This document shows positions 27,108 to 38,359 of a stretch of DNA of 64,000 nucleotides, in pieces. Origin of the DNA: Candidatus Poribacteria bacterium (GTDB lineage Bacteria > Poribacteria > WGA-4E > WGA-3G). How positions within the stretch are numbered: position 1 is the stretch's first letter; every line of letters starts with the position of its first letter. Position numbers and translations under genes: made by a program. Below the pieces are notes generated by a model, which did not search any database, was not told the origin of the DNA, and saw only the letters and a program-made list of their open reading frames with translations. The stretch lies in assembly GCA_965200395.1 (NCBI GenBank), contig CBDAUH010000002.1:244091-308090 (forward strand), written 5' to 3'.

Positions 27108-27566
27108 AGCCGAGAAATGGGGGGCACAATGATCCTACCTGGAAGCCATTTCAGACGTGTCTGTGAAACCGATGTAGCGCGTTATCAAAACTTCCTTGGA
27201 CAACACCCGATAGTTTGTAACGCAGGTACACTTGTCGTCGTACATCATGGTATTTGGCACTGTGCACAACCCAACTTGACTGACGAAACACGGTATATGT
27301 TCAAGTTACGCCTCAATCCGACTGTACGTCAACTCAAATTATGGAATACAGATGACATCGATACGGCAGGAATTCGTGGTATTCTGGGCCGGAACCATAG
27401 ATGGTATGGCAATGATGTACGTCTTGAAATTGTCAATCGAATTAAGTTTTGGCGTTTCCTGACTGGAAATGAATCCTACGATGTCGGTTATTGGCTATCT
27501 CGTCTTGAAAATATGCCAGAGAATGTGCCGAACGTAGCGTAGTTTCTAAACTCTTAAACACAAAAC

Positions 27567-27602
27567 CCCTAATGACTCTTCGATCATTAGGGGTTTTGTG
27601 TA
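27567..27602. terminator. bidirectional rho-independent terminator hairpin between convergent genes
   Basis: AAAACCCCTAATGA-ctcttcg-ATCATTAGGGGTTTT: a 14-bp perfect stem flanked by A/T runs on both sides. Confidence 0.7.
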
Positions 27603-27633
27603 ATCGCTAATAATAAGATTTATCAAAATTGGA

Positions 27634-28449
27634 CTAACGATCTCCGCCACGACGTCCTCTGAAACCGCCGCGTTCACGGAATGCCCGCATCATCCGCTCT
27701 CTTTGCTCGCGTGAAGCACTTTCAAATTTCCTACGCATTTCCATTGCCATTTTTTCCCTCTCCGCTTTCATTTTTGCCTCAGCTTTTGCTCTCGCTTCAG
27801 CTTCTCTATCACGCGATGAATTATTATTATTATTCTCGTTCCGGTCATCAGACGATCTTGACGCGCTACGACTTGATCCACCTGCTCTGAGAAACTGCAT
27901 ATTTCCACGTCGAAGTGTGATGGTTTCACCATCTTTGTCCAGAATAATTTCTTTCTCCTTGATTTCCTTCACGACCGCATCACCGACTTTATCTCCGATC
28001 GTAGCGATATAAAATTTATTTGAACGGCGTTCCTGCACGTACGCTTCTGACTTTCTACCATTTTTCTCAACAGAGGTTCCAACGAAAGCATATTCAGGTT
28101 CTTTGTTAGGCGGTCTCCAACCCAACGGTCGGAAGATATTGTTGTCAATAATTGTTCGATAGAAATCTGGGTTCTCTTTAGATTCTTCCTTATTTGAACG
28201 GTTTTGAGGACCCCAATTAGAGCCTTGTTGTCTATTACCGAATTGTGCCCTTCGAGATGATCTGTCTGCTTTCATCTCACCCATATTTGCCATGATAGCA
28301 TCTCTGTTAGGGCGATTCTGTGCTTGCAGCTTCATCCCAAATGCAAGCAGCAAACCAGCAGCACAACCTATTCCTATAATAATGAGGATTTTTGAAAACT
28401 TCACTTTCTTCTCCTTGTTCCATCGCGCAAGAGATACACTATTTTTCAA
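27634..28449 (-). CDS. hypothetical secreted/membrane-anchored protein with a charged, RGG-rich low-complexity C-terminus
   Basis: N-terminal hydrophobic segment ILIIIGIGCAAGLLLAF. C-terminus ...REQRERMMRAFRERGGFRGRRGGDR. Confidence 0.4.
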   Translation of the reverse strand: MKNSVSLARWNKEKKVKFSKILIIIGIGCAAGLLLAFGMKLQAQNRPNRDAIMANMGEMKADRSSRRAQFGNRQQGSNWGPQNRSNKEESKENPDFYRTIIDNNIFRPLGWRPPNKEPEYAFVGTSVEKNGRKSEAYVQERRSNKFYIATIGDKVGDAVVKEIKEKEIILDKDGETITLRRGNMQFLRAGGSSRSASRSSDDRNENNNNNSSRDREAEARAKAEAKMKAEREKMAMEMRRKFESASREQRERMMRAFRERGGFRGRRGGDR

Positions 28450-28614
28450 GTTAAGACTATTATATATAACTATTTGACTGATTAAGTTAAAAAAGGTTCA
28501 ATATTTTATGTATTCTACTGATGTAATTCTAACATGCTTTTTGTTCAATGTCAAGTTGAGTCATTTTTTCTCAAGCGGTGCGGTCATATAAATCAGCGAT
28601 TTAGCATCCGGTCA

Positions 28615-29541
28615 TCACCGCATCTTACCGTCCTTGAATCTTGCAATAGCACCACGTTCAGCAAGCTCTGCCTTCGCATAATGTGCAGGCATTTGAGAAG
28701 ATTTCCACCGCCCCGCCACCTGCATATCAACAACAGTCGCCCCCGCAGCAGCAAGCGACATCGCTGAGCCCACACGCAGCGAATGCCCAGAAATAAAACC
28801 ATCCACTCCCGCATCTGATGCACGTTTTTGAATAATACGTCGCGCAGAATGATCGTGCAGCCTATTTAACTGAATATGTCCACCGCGAGGTATCTGTCGA
28901 AACAACGCGCCGTCATCAATACCACTCCCCTCAAGATATTTTGACATGATGCTGCGTGTCCTATCACATACGTAAAGACTATCGCCGCGTCCCTCTTGGT
29001 CAGATTTGGAACCTTGCACCGTAAACGTCGTCCCTTTAAAGTCTTCCACATTCGCAGCCACCACTTCACTGATACGCAACAGACAATCACTCATTAGTCG
29101 AATCATTGCAGCATCACGTAAACCCGCGAGGGTACCATCGGTTTCAGCCTGAATGCAGACACGTTCCACATCTTGCCAAATCAGTCCATCCACCTGTCCA
29201 CGCCCTCTCTGTTTTCCATTTCTACGGATTCCTGCCAACGTTGCGTGCGTAATCGGCATGGCAAAATCCGCACCGTCCTGATGTTTCAACTGCCATTTCA
29301 CAGCAGCGACCACCTGTGAAATCGTTGATGGTGATTTCCCATTTTCATGGAGCTCTGTCAAGTACGTAGCGAGCATGCCATCCGACAACGTCTCACCTGG
29401 AGGTTTCCAATCTTCAAACCTTTGCAGCGCATGTTGGTATGCCTTCTTCGTATTCTCTGATATGCTGGAATGAATTAGGTTTTTGATTTTCGGGCGAAGT
29501 TTATCTAGTGACGATTCCCGTTTCTCAAGAGCGTTTTGCAT
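28615..29541 (-). CDS. tyrosine-type site-specific recombinase/integrase (phage integrase family)
   Basis: C-terminal HSLRVGSAMSLAAAG...AGRWKSSQMPAHYAK carries the catalytic R..H-x-x-R...Y. Start MQNALEK at 29541; the longer ORF-track version runs through the tRNA. Confidence 0.75.
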   Translation of the reverse strand: MQNALEKRESSLDKLRPKIKNLIHSSISENTKKAYQHALQRFEDWKPPGETLSDGMLATYLTELHENGKSPSTISQVVAAVKWQLKHQDGADFAMPITHATLAGIRRNGKQRGRGQVDGLIWQDVERVCIQAETDGTLAGLRDAAMIRLMSDCLLRISEVVAANVEDFKGTTFTVQGSKSDQEGRGDSLYVCDRTRSIMSKYLEGSGIDDGALFRQIPRGGHIQLNRLHDHSARRIIQKRASDAGVDGFISGHSLRVGSAMSLAAAGATVVDMQVAGRWKSSQMPAHYAKAELAERGAIARFKDGKMR

Positions 29542-29659
29542 ATTAATCCTCAAATGACATTTAGGTGTTTTGGATAACAGTTGCAGAATTGTGAAAACAC
29601 AAGCTGACAGAACAGCACCAGAAAAGAGGGTGATGTTCCTACTCCGAACAGCAATAAAA

Positions 29660-29736
<77 letters not shown>

Positions 29737-29940
29737 ACCTGACTTATCTATAAATGATAACACATAACCACTTTAAAAGCAAGTATTTTTTTAGTTCGCG
29801 CTTCTATTTCATCTTGACTTTTTCAATCTGCAAATATATAATTCCACTATGACACAAGAATATCAGTATAGTCAATTTACTAGGAATATCAAGAAAGACT
29901 CGCCTGTACACAACGAATTCATCACATAGGCATTTAAAAG

Positions 29941-31341
29941 ATGTTAACCAAAGCCGATATTGAACGTGAAAAATTAAGACACAATACATCGTTCTTCAGG
30001 GCAATCCTTGCACCGACAAATGAGGAGCGACAACTGCTTTTTACGCTAAAAAACATCGGCAAGTTACCGGATGATTTTGATGGCGATTTGTTTATCCCAT
30101 TACTTAATCACGCCAATGCAAAGATTCGATGTCTTGCCATAAAAAATGTTGGAAAGTTAAAAGACGAACGTTTTTTAACGAACCTCATTAAATTTGCGGA
30201 AACAGAGAAAAATACACTTGCACGGCGCGAAGCTGTTTCGGCAATCGGTAGACTCAAAACCGAAAACGCTATTCCGATTTTAACACGGTTTACTACCGAT
30301 ACTGATCCGAAGGTTGTATTGCAGGCGGTACGGGGTTTGCTTTATTTTAAAAGACATCGAGAAACGCAAATAGTATTAACATCGCTTGCTGAACATCCGA
30401 ATGAATTGATACAGGAACAGATAGCAAGAGAACTACAACAACATGACTACACAGATTCTTCTAAAACACTAAACCATCCAGCTAGTCCAGACACGCTTAA
30501 AAATGTAATGGTATATGCCGATGTTCAAGATGTGTTAAAAGTTATTCCGGATGAATCTATTCATTTGACTTTTACTTCACCACCTTATTACAATGCCCGT
30601 GATTATACCATTTTCCCGAGTTATGAGGCGTATCTTGATTTTCTAACATCAGTTTTCAAAGAGACGCATCGTATTACAAAAGAGGGTAGATTCTTTGTAC
30701 TAAACACGTCACCTGTTATTGTGCCACGTATTAGTCGCGCCCATTCCAGCAAACGATATGCAATTCCATACGATATTCATCCACGGCTAACAGAAATTGG
30801 TTGGGAATTTATTGATGACATTATATGGATGAAACCTGAATACGCTGCAAAGAATCGAAACGGTGGTTTTTTCCAACATCGTAAACCGCTTGGATACAAA
30901 GCAAACTCTATCACTGAAAGTGTGATGGTGTATCGTAAGAAAACAGACAAACTCATTGATTGGAATCTCCGTCAGTATGAAGAGGATATTATTAACACGA
31001 GCAAAGTGATGGGTGAATATGAAAAAACTAATGTTTGGCAAATAAATCCGGCAACAGATAAAGTTCATCCCGCAATTTTTCCACATGAATTAGCTTCCCG
31101 TATCATTCAGTATTACTCATTTAAAGGTGATCTCGTCTTTGACCCATTTGGTGGAAGCGGTACTGTCGGACATGTCGCTCTGCTACATGAAAGATATTTT
31201 TTTCTCTGTGAAAAGATGGAAGAATACGTTGAGCGTGCCAAACAAGCACTTGATACAGCACTATTTTCTGGTATAAACCCTCGTATATTTTCACTTACTG
31301 AATTAAGTTCACGCATAGCAGAGGAGTCACAAAAACCATGA
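29941..31341 (+). CDS. DNA methyltransferase (beta-class N4/N6, PF01555-like; SPPY then FDPFGGSGT) with an N-terminal HEAT/PBS-lyase-like repeat domain
   Basis: HLTFTSPPYYNARDY (motif IV) precedes DLVFDPFGGSGTVGHVA (motif I). The first ~170 aa carry repeated ...IRCLAIKNVGKL.../...RREAVSAIGRL.../...VVLQAVRGL... helices. Confidence 0.7.
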   Translation: MLTKADIEREKLRHNTSFFRAILAPTNEERQLLFTLKNIGKLPDDFDGDLFIPLLNHANAKIRCLAIKNVGKLKDERFLTNLIKFAETEKNTLARREAVSAIGRLKTENAIPILTRFTTDTDPKVVLQAVRGLLYFKRHRETQIVLTSLAEHPNELIQEQIARELQQHDYTDSSKTLNHPASPDTLKNVMVYADVQDVLKVIPDESIHLTFTSPPYYNARDYTIFPSYEAYLDFLTSVFKETHRITKEGRFFVLNTSPVIVPRISRAHSSKRYAIPYDIHPRLTEIGWEFIDDIIWMKPEYAAKNRNGGFFQHRKPLGYKANSITESVMVYRKKTDKLIDWNLRQYEEDIINTSKVMGEYEKTNVWQINPATDKVHPAIFPHELASRIIQYYSFKGDLVFDPFGGSGTVGHVALLHERYFFLCEKMEEYVERAKQALDTALFSGINPRIFSLTELSSRIAEESQKP

Positions 31342-32321
31342 CTGTTACTGGCGGAGTAATTAAGAACATTATCCGAAAACTTTTTGCTGGAGCGGATTAT
31401 CGTTCCGAAGTGCTGGCATTGATTAACGCTGAATTCTTGCAATATGCTGTCGATTTTTTCAAACGTGTAGCTTGTGCAAAGCTGGATAATCAATCTGTAA
31501 CAGTTGACTGGTACAAAAAGGAATTCCTCAATTCAGATTCATATCGACCCGAAGAAATTGCTATTCACTCAGGACTGAACAAGAAAACAATTACAAATGC
31601 ATATAGTTCTGCCCGGAAACAAATAGTGTTGGAAGTATCCCTTGAACATTATAATTCACTTTATAACGCTATTAACAGTTTGACCGAACAAGATGAGCTT
31701 GATATTGCCCTAACATTAAAATTTAGAGATGTTAGTGTTGATTTAAATATTAATGAAAGTTTGATTGTCATCAATACTCTCGCCGTCAAACGCTCTGCAC
31801 TCCGTGGAGCATTATGGAGTACATCAGGAAAACAGGTAGAAAAACCTTTGATGATAACACTTTGTGCCCTTTTTCAAGTCCCAATAAAATATTTTGATCA
31901 GAGGAACCTACCAGAATCTGAACGCGAATCCGATTTTTATCTTTTTGACGAAACAGGGAAAGATTATCCTTGTGAAGTAAAATTAATGGGAAAAGGGAAT
32001 CCCGAAAGTGCTGACGCAGTATTCGCTCGCGGGGGTCGCGTCCTTGTTGCTAACAAACTTTCTGAGACTAATAAACAACAGATGGACAAAGATGGTATCC
32101 TTTGGGTTGAACTTCAAACTGTAGACGGTTATAAGAGATTTGAACATGTGCTAAAGGCATTGTCAATCCCTTGTAAACCTTTTGCCGGTGATCTCGAAAC
32201 TGCGTTAGACAAAATTTTATCCATTATTCTTTCTGATGATGTACAGAATTCTGTAACTCCTGAGATAGTTTTACAAGAGACCTTACTTAAAGACTCAGAA
32301 TTATTGATTGAATTTGAATGA
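31338..32321 (+). CDS. putative Type II restriction endonuclease partner (candidate PD-(D/E)XK: FD-x9-EVK)
   Basis: ATGA overlap with the MTase stop. Motif FYLFDETGKDYPCEVKLMGKG. No other recognisable family. Confidence 0.4.
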   Translation: MTVTGGVIKNIIRKLFAGADYRSEVLALINAEFLQYAVDFFKRVACAKLDNQSVTVDWYKKEFLNSDSYRPEEIAIHSGLNKKTITNAYSSARKQIVLEVSLEHYNSLYNAINSLTEQDELDIALTLKFRDVSVDLNINESLIVINTLAVKRSALRGALWSTSGKQVEKPLMITLCALFQVPIKYFDQRNLPESERESDFYLFDETGKDYPCEVKLMGKGNPESADAVFARGGRVLVANKLSETNKQQMDKDGILWVELQTVDGYKRFEHVLKALSIPCKPFAGDLETALDKILSIILSDDVQNSVTPEIVLQETLLKDSELLIEFE

Positions 32322-32998
32322 AAATTTTAGGTCTTGACACCTCAACCCCTATCGGCAGTGTTGCCCTTATAAATGAGGAAAACATAGTTGCCGAACATAC
32401 CCTTAATATCGTCCAAGCACACTCCTCAAGACTGATGCCAGCAATTGATACTGTTCTGAAATGGGGTGAAATCATGCCAGGTGCCTTAGATGGATGTGCT
32501 ATAGGTATCGGACCTGGATCGTTTACTGGTGTCCGTATCGGTGTTGCAACAGCGAAATCGCTCTGTTATGCAGTTGACAAACCGATCGTCGGTGTCTCAA
32601 CATTAGAGACGATTGCATATAATCTCCGATGGACAAATGGCGTTATTTGTCCGATTCTTGATGCACGACGTAGTGAAATTTATGGAAGTATTTTTCAAGG
32701 TGGCGAAAAATGGCAACGTCTCGCTGACGATCTCTGCTTATCTATTGATGCGTTTTTAGATGAACTTGACAGTCATATCTCATCAGATGCAATTCCTATT
32801 TTTGTTGGAGATGGACTTGCTACTTATGGTGATGTAATTCAAGAGAGGCTTGGTAGGACGGTACCGTTTGCAGATCAGATATTTAATGTGCCACGTGGGT
32901 CAACTATTGCAAAACTTGGCGCGCAACGACTAAAACAAGGTGATAGTGATAGTTATTGGACTTTAGTGCCAAACTATGTTAGGATTGGATTGTATTGA
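32318..32998 (+). CDS. tsaB: tRNA threonylcarbamoyladenosine biosynthesis protein TsaB (YeaZ)
   Basis: MKILGLDTSTPIGSVAL...GIGPGSFTGVRIGVATAKSL. ATGA overlap with the upstream gene. Confidence 0.85.
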   Translation: MKILGLDTSTPIGSVALINEENIVAEHTLNIVQAHSSRLMPAIDTVLKWGEIMPGALDGCAIGIGPGSFTGVRIGVATAKSLCYAVDKPIVGVSTLETIAYNLRWTNGVICPILDARRSEIYGSIFQGGEKWQRLADDLCLSIDAFLDELDSHISSDAIPIFVGDGLATYGDVIQERLGRTVPFADQIFNVPRGSTIAKLGAQRLKQGDSDSYWTLVPNYVRIGLY

Positions 32999-33070
32999 AA
33001 TCTGAAACCTAAGCTTATCCTCAATAAGACCTTACATTACACATCTATTAGCTCATTTTCCCTCTATCAA

Positions 33071-34492
33071 ATGAACCATATTGTAAAAAATACATCTGCC
33101 CTATTCGGTGCACACATTTTCGGTCGCCTTGGATCGCTCATATTAACACTCTGGCTGATGCCTCGGTTTTTTACGGAGAGCGATTTAGGCGGCTATTTCG
33201 TTGCAATCGCCCTAACCAATCTGATTGCAAGTCTAACAGAACTCGGTATACAAAGTCCATTGATTCGGGAAATGACGTTAAGTCTATCCGAAACACGTCA
33301 TTATCTCGGCAATGCACTTCTTGTTCGTCTAATCTTGTCTGTTATAGCATACACGGTCATGATTGTCAGTGGTATAATTTTGTGGTCTACCTCAACAATT
33401 TTGACAATGATAGTTTATTTAGGGTTGGCAGAGATTGTCAATTCCATTGCACAGCTTTATAGATGCGTCTTCCGAGCACATGAGGAGATGAAATTTGAAG
33501 CGTTGACAGTGCTGGCAGAACGTGGAACACTTTTTATTATAGGTGGTGCGGCAATCCTACTCGGATACAATATTGTAAATGTATGTCAAGTTTGGTTGTT
33601 AGCAGGATGTTTTAATCTTGTTCTGAGTATCGGATTTGTGCGATTTCGCTTCACACCGCTCAGTTTTGAACTGAGCTGGCAGGTAATAGTTGTACTAATG
33701 CGACAAGCACTCCCTTTTGCAGTTGGTAATCTGTTCAACTTAATCTATTTTCGTATTGACGCAATTATGCTGTCAAAACTTAGCCCTGATCGTATGGATG
33801 CTAACACGTGGTACGGATTGGCGTATACGTTAGTCAATGCTATTACAATCTTACCTGGGGCATTTCTGATGGGTGCAATGTTTCCTCTGCTTTCCCGCCT
33901 ATATGAAAATGATCGCGATAGATTATCGCAGGCATATACATTCGGTGTACGGTGGATGGTAATATGTGGCATACCGATAGCAGTTGGACTTGCAGTGCTC
34001 TCACACGAAATTTCGAATCTGTTATTTTATCGGTACACACCAGGGACCATAGAAAAAATTTCGACGGCCATGCAGTGGCTAAGTGCAACATGTGGCACAG
34101 TTTTCTTGTCAACCGTGGTCATTACTGTGCTTCGCGCTGCAGATAAACGCCTTGTGTTTTCAATACTTATGGGGACAACAGCACTATTGAACATCATATT
34201 GAACTTTATATTGATACCACGACTCAACCACGTGGGCGCAGCAATTGCAATGGTAATTAGTGAGGCATATCTACTAACCATTGGGTTTAGCTATATTACC
34301 AAACGGATTGTAAATCTAACTGAAATTAGATTTATTTTTAAGGTTATCCTCATTTCTGCTGTGATGGGAATAGGTTTGGTGTTGTTAAAGGGAATACTAT
34401 CTATTTGGATTCTGATTCCATTGGCGATAGTTGCTTATTTTATTGGGATTGCGTTATGGGGTGAATTTCGGATTAGGTTTGAGTTTGATTAA
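33071..34492 (+). CDS. polysaccharide biosynthesis / oligosaccharide flippase (Wzx/MOP superfamily) membrane protein
   Basis: About 12 predicted TM helices. N-terminus KNTSALFGAHIFGRLGSLILTLWL is typical of the Polysacc_synt family. Confidence 0.6.
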   Translation: MNHIVKNTSALFGAHIFGRLGSLILTLWLMPRFFTESDLGGYFVAIALTNLIASLTELGIQSPLIREMTLSLSETRHYLGNALLVRLILSVIAYTVMIVSGIILWSTSTILTMIVYLGLAEIVNSIAQLYRCVFRAHEEMKFEALTVLAERGTLFIIGGAAILLGYNIVNVCQVWLLAGCFNLVLSIGFVRFRFTPLSFELSWQVIVVLMRQALPFAVGNLFNLIYFRIDAIMLSKLSPDRMDANTWYGLAYTLVNAITILPGAFLMGAMFPLLSRLYENDRDRLSQAYTFGVRWMVICGIPIAVGLAVLSHEISNLLFYRYTPGTIEKISTAMQWLSATCGTVFLSTVVITVLRAADKRLVFSILMGTTALLNIILNFILIPRLNHVGAAIAMVISEAYLLTIGFSYITKRIVNLTEIRFIFKVILISAVMGIGLVLLKGILSIWILIPLAIVAYFIGIALWGEFRIRFEFD

Positions 34493-34542
34493 AACTCAAG
34501 AGGAGTCTTGCGCTCAAGTTTCAAAACATATACAATAGCAGT

Positions 34543-37500
34543 ATGAATTTTCAAAGACACTGTGACCAATATCTACAGACAATAAACGAAACACGATCCG
34601 ACCCGAATGCAACCCCTGAACTCTCTTTGCTGCCACATTTACAAGCATTCCTGCAAAAGGTTCCCGTTGAACATTTTGCCTGTCCCAACAACAGCCCCAA
34701 AATAAGATTCACACTGGAACCCAGAACAATCAACCAGATCGGACGACCGGACATCATCGCAACAGATGGATTGTTACCTATCGGCTATATTGAAGCGGAG
34801 GAATACGGCACAGACCTAAACAACCTAACAGGACACGCCGCACAACAGAACAAACGTTTTAAGGAAAACCTTGATAACTTTATCCTTACCAATTTTATTG
34901 ATTTTCAGCTGTGGGTAGATGGGAAATGTAACACAACAGCGCGAATTACAGACAACACCGATGATTTAGCGATATTATTAGAACGATTCCTGAACGCATC
35001 TATCCAAATCGGCACACCGGAAGCACTCGCAAAATACCTTGCAAGACGGACACGAGAACTCCAAACACAGATTACCGCAACGCTTAACGACCAAAACAGC
35101 GAAACCTATCAGTTGTATAAGGCATTCAGAGAAACACATCTCTTTACACTAACACCCAGAGATTTTGCTGACATGTACGCACAAACGCTCTCTTACGGAC
35201 TATTCGCCGCACGCTGCACCTTACCGAATGAAACCTATTTCCTACGACAAACCGCTGCTGAGACACTACCAGAATCCAATCCATTCCTAAAAGACCTTTT
35301 TTATCAGATTGCATCTCCAAAACTCACGAAAAACATTAAATTTATTCTGGATGACATCGCAAGACTATTACGTAACGTTCCAACAGAAATGCTCCAAACG
35401 TCATTAGCACCTACAGATGACTTTGAAGACCATGTTATCCATTTCTATGAACCATTCCTAAAAGAATATAATTCAAAACTCAAGATCGATCGCGGCGTAT
35501 TCTACACACCGCGCCAGGTAATCTCTTACATCGTACGTTCTGTGGACGCACTGCTCAAATCGGAACTCAACAGACCCGACGGACTCGCAGATGACAACAC
35601 CCTCATCCTTGACCCCGCAACAGGCACAGGTGGATTCCTGCTGTCCGTGCTTGACCACATCCGAGAATACGTTACCGACAATTATGGAACAGGAGAGTGG
35701 CAGCAATATGTCAACGAGCAATTAGTCAAACGCATTTTCGGATTTGAACTACTTGTCGCTCCCTATACAATTGTACATCTCAAGTTGAGTCAATTCTTAC
35801 AAGAGCATGGATGGCACGACAATGAACGTCTCCGTATCTATCTCACTAATACATTAGAACAACCCGCAGAGACAGTGGAGACACAACCCTTTGCACCGTT
35901 TCTCTCTGACGAAGCAAACGAAGCACTCTCTGTGAAACGGGACGACCCTATCCTCGTCATCCTCGGCAATCCACCCTATCCAGAGGATTCTGCCAACCCA
36001 AGTCGTGATAGTAATAGAGAGTTAACTTTCATTGGAAAACTTATTGAAGATTACAAACAGTTAGATGGAGAATCGCTTGATGATAGGAATTTAAAAATGC
36101 TTCAGTCAGATTATGTAAAATTCACTCGGTGGGCACAGTGGCGTATTGATAGAAACGGTGAAGGTGTTATTGGCTATATTGTTAACAATAGTTTTCTTGA
36201 CGGTCGAGCCTTTCGCGGGATGCGGCAGAGTCTAATGAAAAGTTTCAACACTGTTTACATACTCAATTTACACGGTAGCATCAGAAGACACGAAGCAGTA
36301 CCAGAAGGTCAGAGAGATGAAAATGTTTTTGACATTTCACAAGGGGTTTGCATCTTGTTGTGTGTCAAAAAACGCGACAATCGTGCCTTGTCAAAGGTGT
36401 ATCATGCGGATATATGGGGATCGCGGCAGGAAAGATATAATTTGCTTTTGCAGACCGATGTTCAAACCACACAATGGTGTGAACTACAACCGGCATTACC
36501 ACTTTGTCTTTTTGTGCCGCAAACTGCAGAATATAGCACTGAATACGAAGCAGGTTGGAGTATTAACGACATCTTTCATACAGGTTCGGTTGGAATGGCT
36601 ACTGGTCGGGATAGATTGACGATTCATTGGACTGCTGGAGGTATCCGTGAAACTGTGAACGACTTTATTTCACTTTCTCCAGACGAAGCACGGGAACAGT
36701 ATAATTTGGGAAGGGATACTCATCATTGGCAGATTCCCCGCGCTCAGGCAGATCTTCGTAATAACCCAAATGTTGAACAACACGTAACGACAATTCGCTA
36801 CCGTCCGTTTGACACACGCTGGACCTATTACACAGGACAGACAGGTTTCCACTCACGCCCAAACTATGATATTATACGACATTTACACGGTGTTGAAAAT
36901 ATTGCTCTCTGTGTCTGTCGTATTGTGACAAGTTCTGTTTGGAATCATGTTTTGATAACTGACAAAGTAACTGAAAAGAGTTATATTTCAAACAGAGGAA
37001 GTGAATCCACCCACGTATTCCCACTTTACCTATATACTGATTCAGAGGGATTATTAGGTGCAACAGAACGCGAACTGAATTTCAAACATGCTTTTCTCAC
37101 CGCACTCGCTGAGTCATTGGAATTACCACAGACTCCCCCGTTTGGCCTTCCCGAAGGCATCACACCAGAGCAGATTCTCGCTTATATTTATGCGGTGTTG
37201 AATAGTGCCAAATATCGTGAACGATACTATGAATTTCTGAAATACGATTTCCCGCGTATCCCTTTACTGCAGGATATTGACGAATTCTGCGTACTTGCAG
37301 AGTATGGACAAGAATTAATTGATTTACATCTCTTGAAGGACAGGAACATACCGCATCGTCATTTATTTGAGGGTGAAGGAGATGGTATCGTCTCAAAACT
37401 TCGTTATGAAGATGGCAATGTCTGGATCAACAGCACACAGCATTTTACGAATGTACCCCAGAAGTGTGGGAATATGAGATCGGAGCATATCAGGTGTGTG

Positions 37501-37626
37501 AGAAATGGTTGAAGGATAGGAAGGGCAAAGAACTAAGTCGTGATGATCTCAGACAGTATCGTTCTATTTTGGTTGCTGTTGCAGAGACGCTGCGAGTGAT
37601 GGCGGAGATTGATTGGGTGCTGTAGT
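34543..37626 (+). CDS. MmeI-like Type IIG restriction-modification enzyme (N-terminal nuclease-like domain, gamma-class N6-adenine MTase, C-terminal specificity domain); apparent -1 frameshift near 37460 (CCCC run)
   Basis: Motif I LILDPATGTGGFL and motif IV ILGNPPY. After the in-frame stop at 37510-37512 the +1 frame continues as EVWEYEIGAYQVCEKWLKDRKGKELSRDDLRQYRSILVAVAETLRVMAEIDWVL, the conserved Type IIG/ISP C-terminal module. Confidence 0.7.
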
Positions 37627-37672
37627 AGATTAGCAAATGGAAATCATTGGTACATACAAACATTATACGTTT

Positions 37673-38302
37673 TCATGTGCCTTTCCAGTTCATATCAGCT
37701 ACAGATTTGAACACAGAATCAACTGCTCCGAAAAGCGTTGATAAATTCGCTAATGTAAAGTCTGTTCTGTTTTGCGTAAAGGTATTTCCGATAAGTCGTC
37801 CGAACTGCCATAATGTTCCATCGGTGACAATGCCGTAAACAGGTAAGACCGTGCTGCCATTTAGATTTTTTGCATTTATTTTTTGGGCAGCGACTAATTC
37901 TGCCAGACATTGTCCCCATCCCTGCTCAAAGTCGTTTTTCTTCGCCTCAACGAGTAGAATCAGCGGGGTTCCCACAACGGTTTTGCCTAATTCGGACCTG
38001 GTAGAAACAAAATAATCTGGTGTTCCGTTCAAAACATCGTCATAGGTGATGGATTGTTTTATCCAGAGCGCGTACTGATCGGCGTACGCTTTATAGTTCT
38101 CCTTCAGAACAGGAAATATTATCGTCTCACATCGTGATGCTTCAGATGAAAATACATTGAGGTACTCACGAGTAAATTCAAAGTCCCGCAAGAATTCTGA
38201 GGAAGGGGATAACGGTTCAACTTCAACGAAGTCCTCTTCAGTGTATGTGACTCTGAACCTTTCTTGTACTTCTGAGATTTTTTGAAAATCGCTGAATGCC
38301 AT
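37673..38302 (-). CDS. standalone HsdR-N-like PD-(D/E)XK nuclease-fold protein (209 aa)
   Basis: PDYFV ... LILLVEAKK ... GQCLAELVAAQ ... VYGIVTDGTLWQF follows the HSDR_N pattern (PD...ExK...Q...Y...G.xTDG..W.F). Confidence 0.55.
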   Translation of the reverse strand: MAFSDFQKISEVQERFRVTYTEEDFVEVEPLSPSSEFLRDFEFTREYLNVFSSEASRCETIIFPVLKENYKAYADQYALWIKQSITYDDVLNGTPDYFVSTRSELGKTVVGTPLILLVEAKKNDFEQGWGQCLAELVAAQKINAKNLNGSTVLPVYGIVTDGTLWQFGRLIGNTFTQNRTDFTLANLSTLFGAVDSVFKSVADMNWKGT

Positions 38303-38359
38303 GATATTACTTCTCTGTTAAAAGCAGGAACGGTTTCATAAACAAGAGCGCAGCAGGCG

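Larger units (their letters stand above)
25376..27542 (+). pseudogene. PhyH-family dioxygenase gene interrupted by IS4 copy C; halves at 25376-25772 and 27108-27542 join in frame
   Basis: Removing the IS plus one TSD copy gives ...IWHADAIIDIRMHFDIQFFYFSHDTPREMGGTMILPGSHF..., with intact HxD and GSH motifs. Confidence 0.8.
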
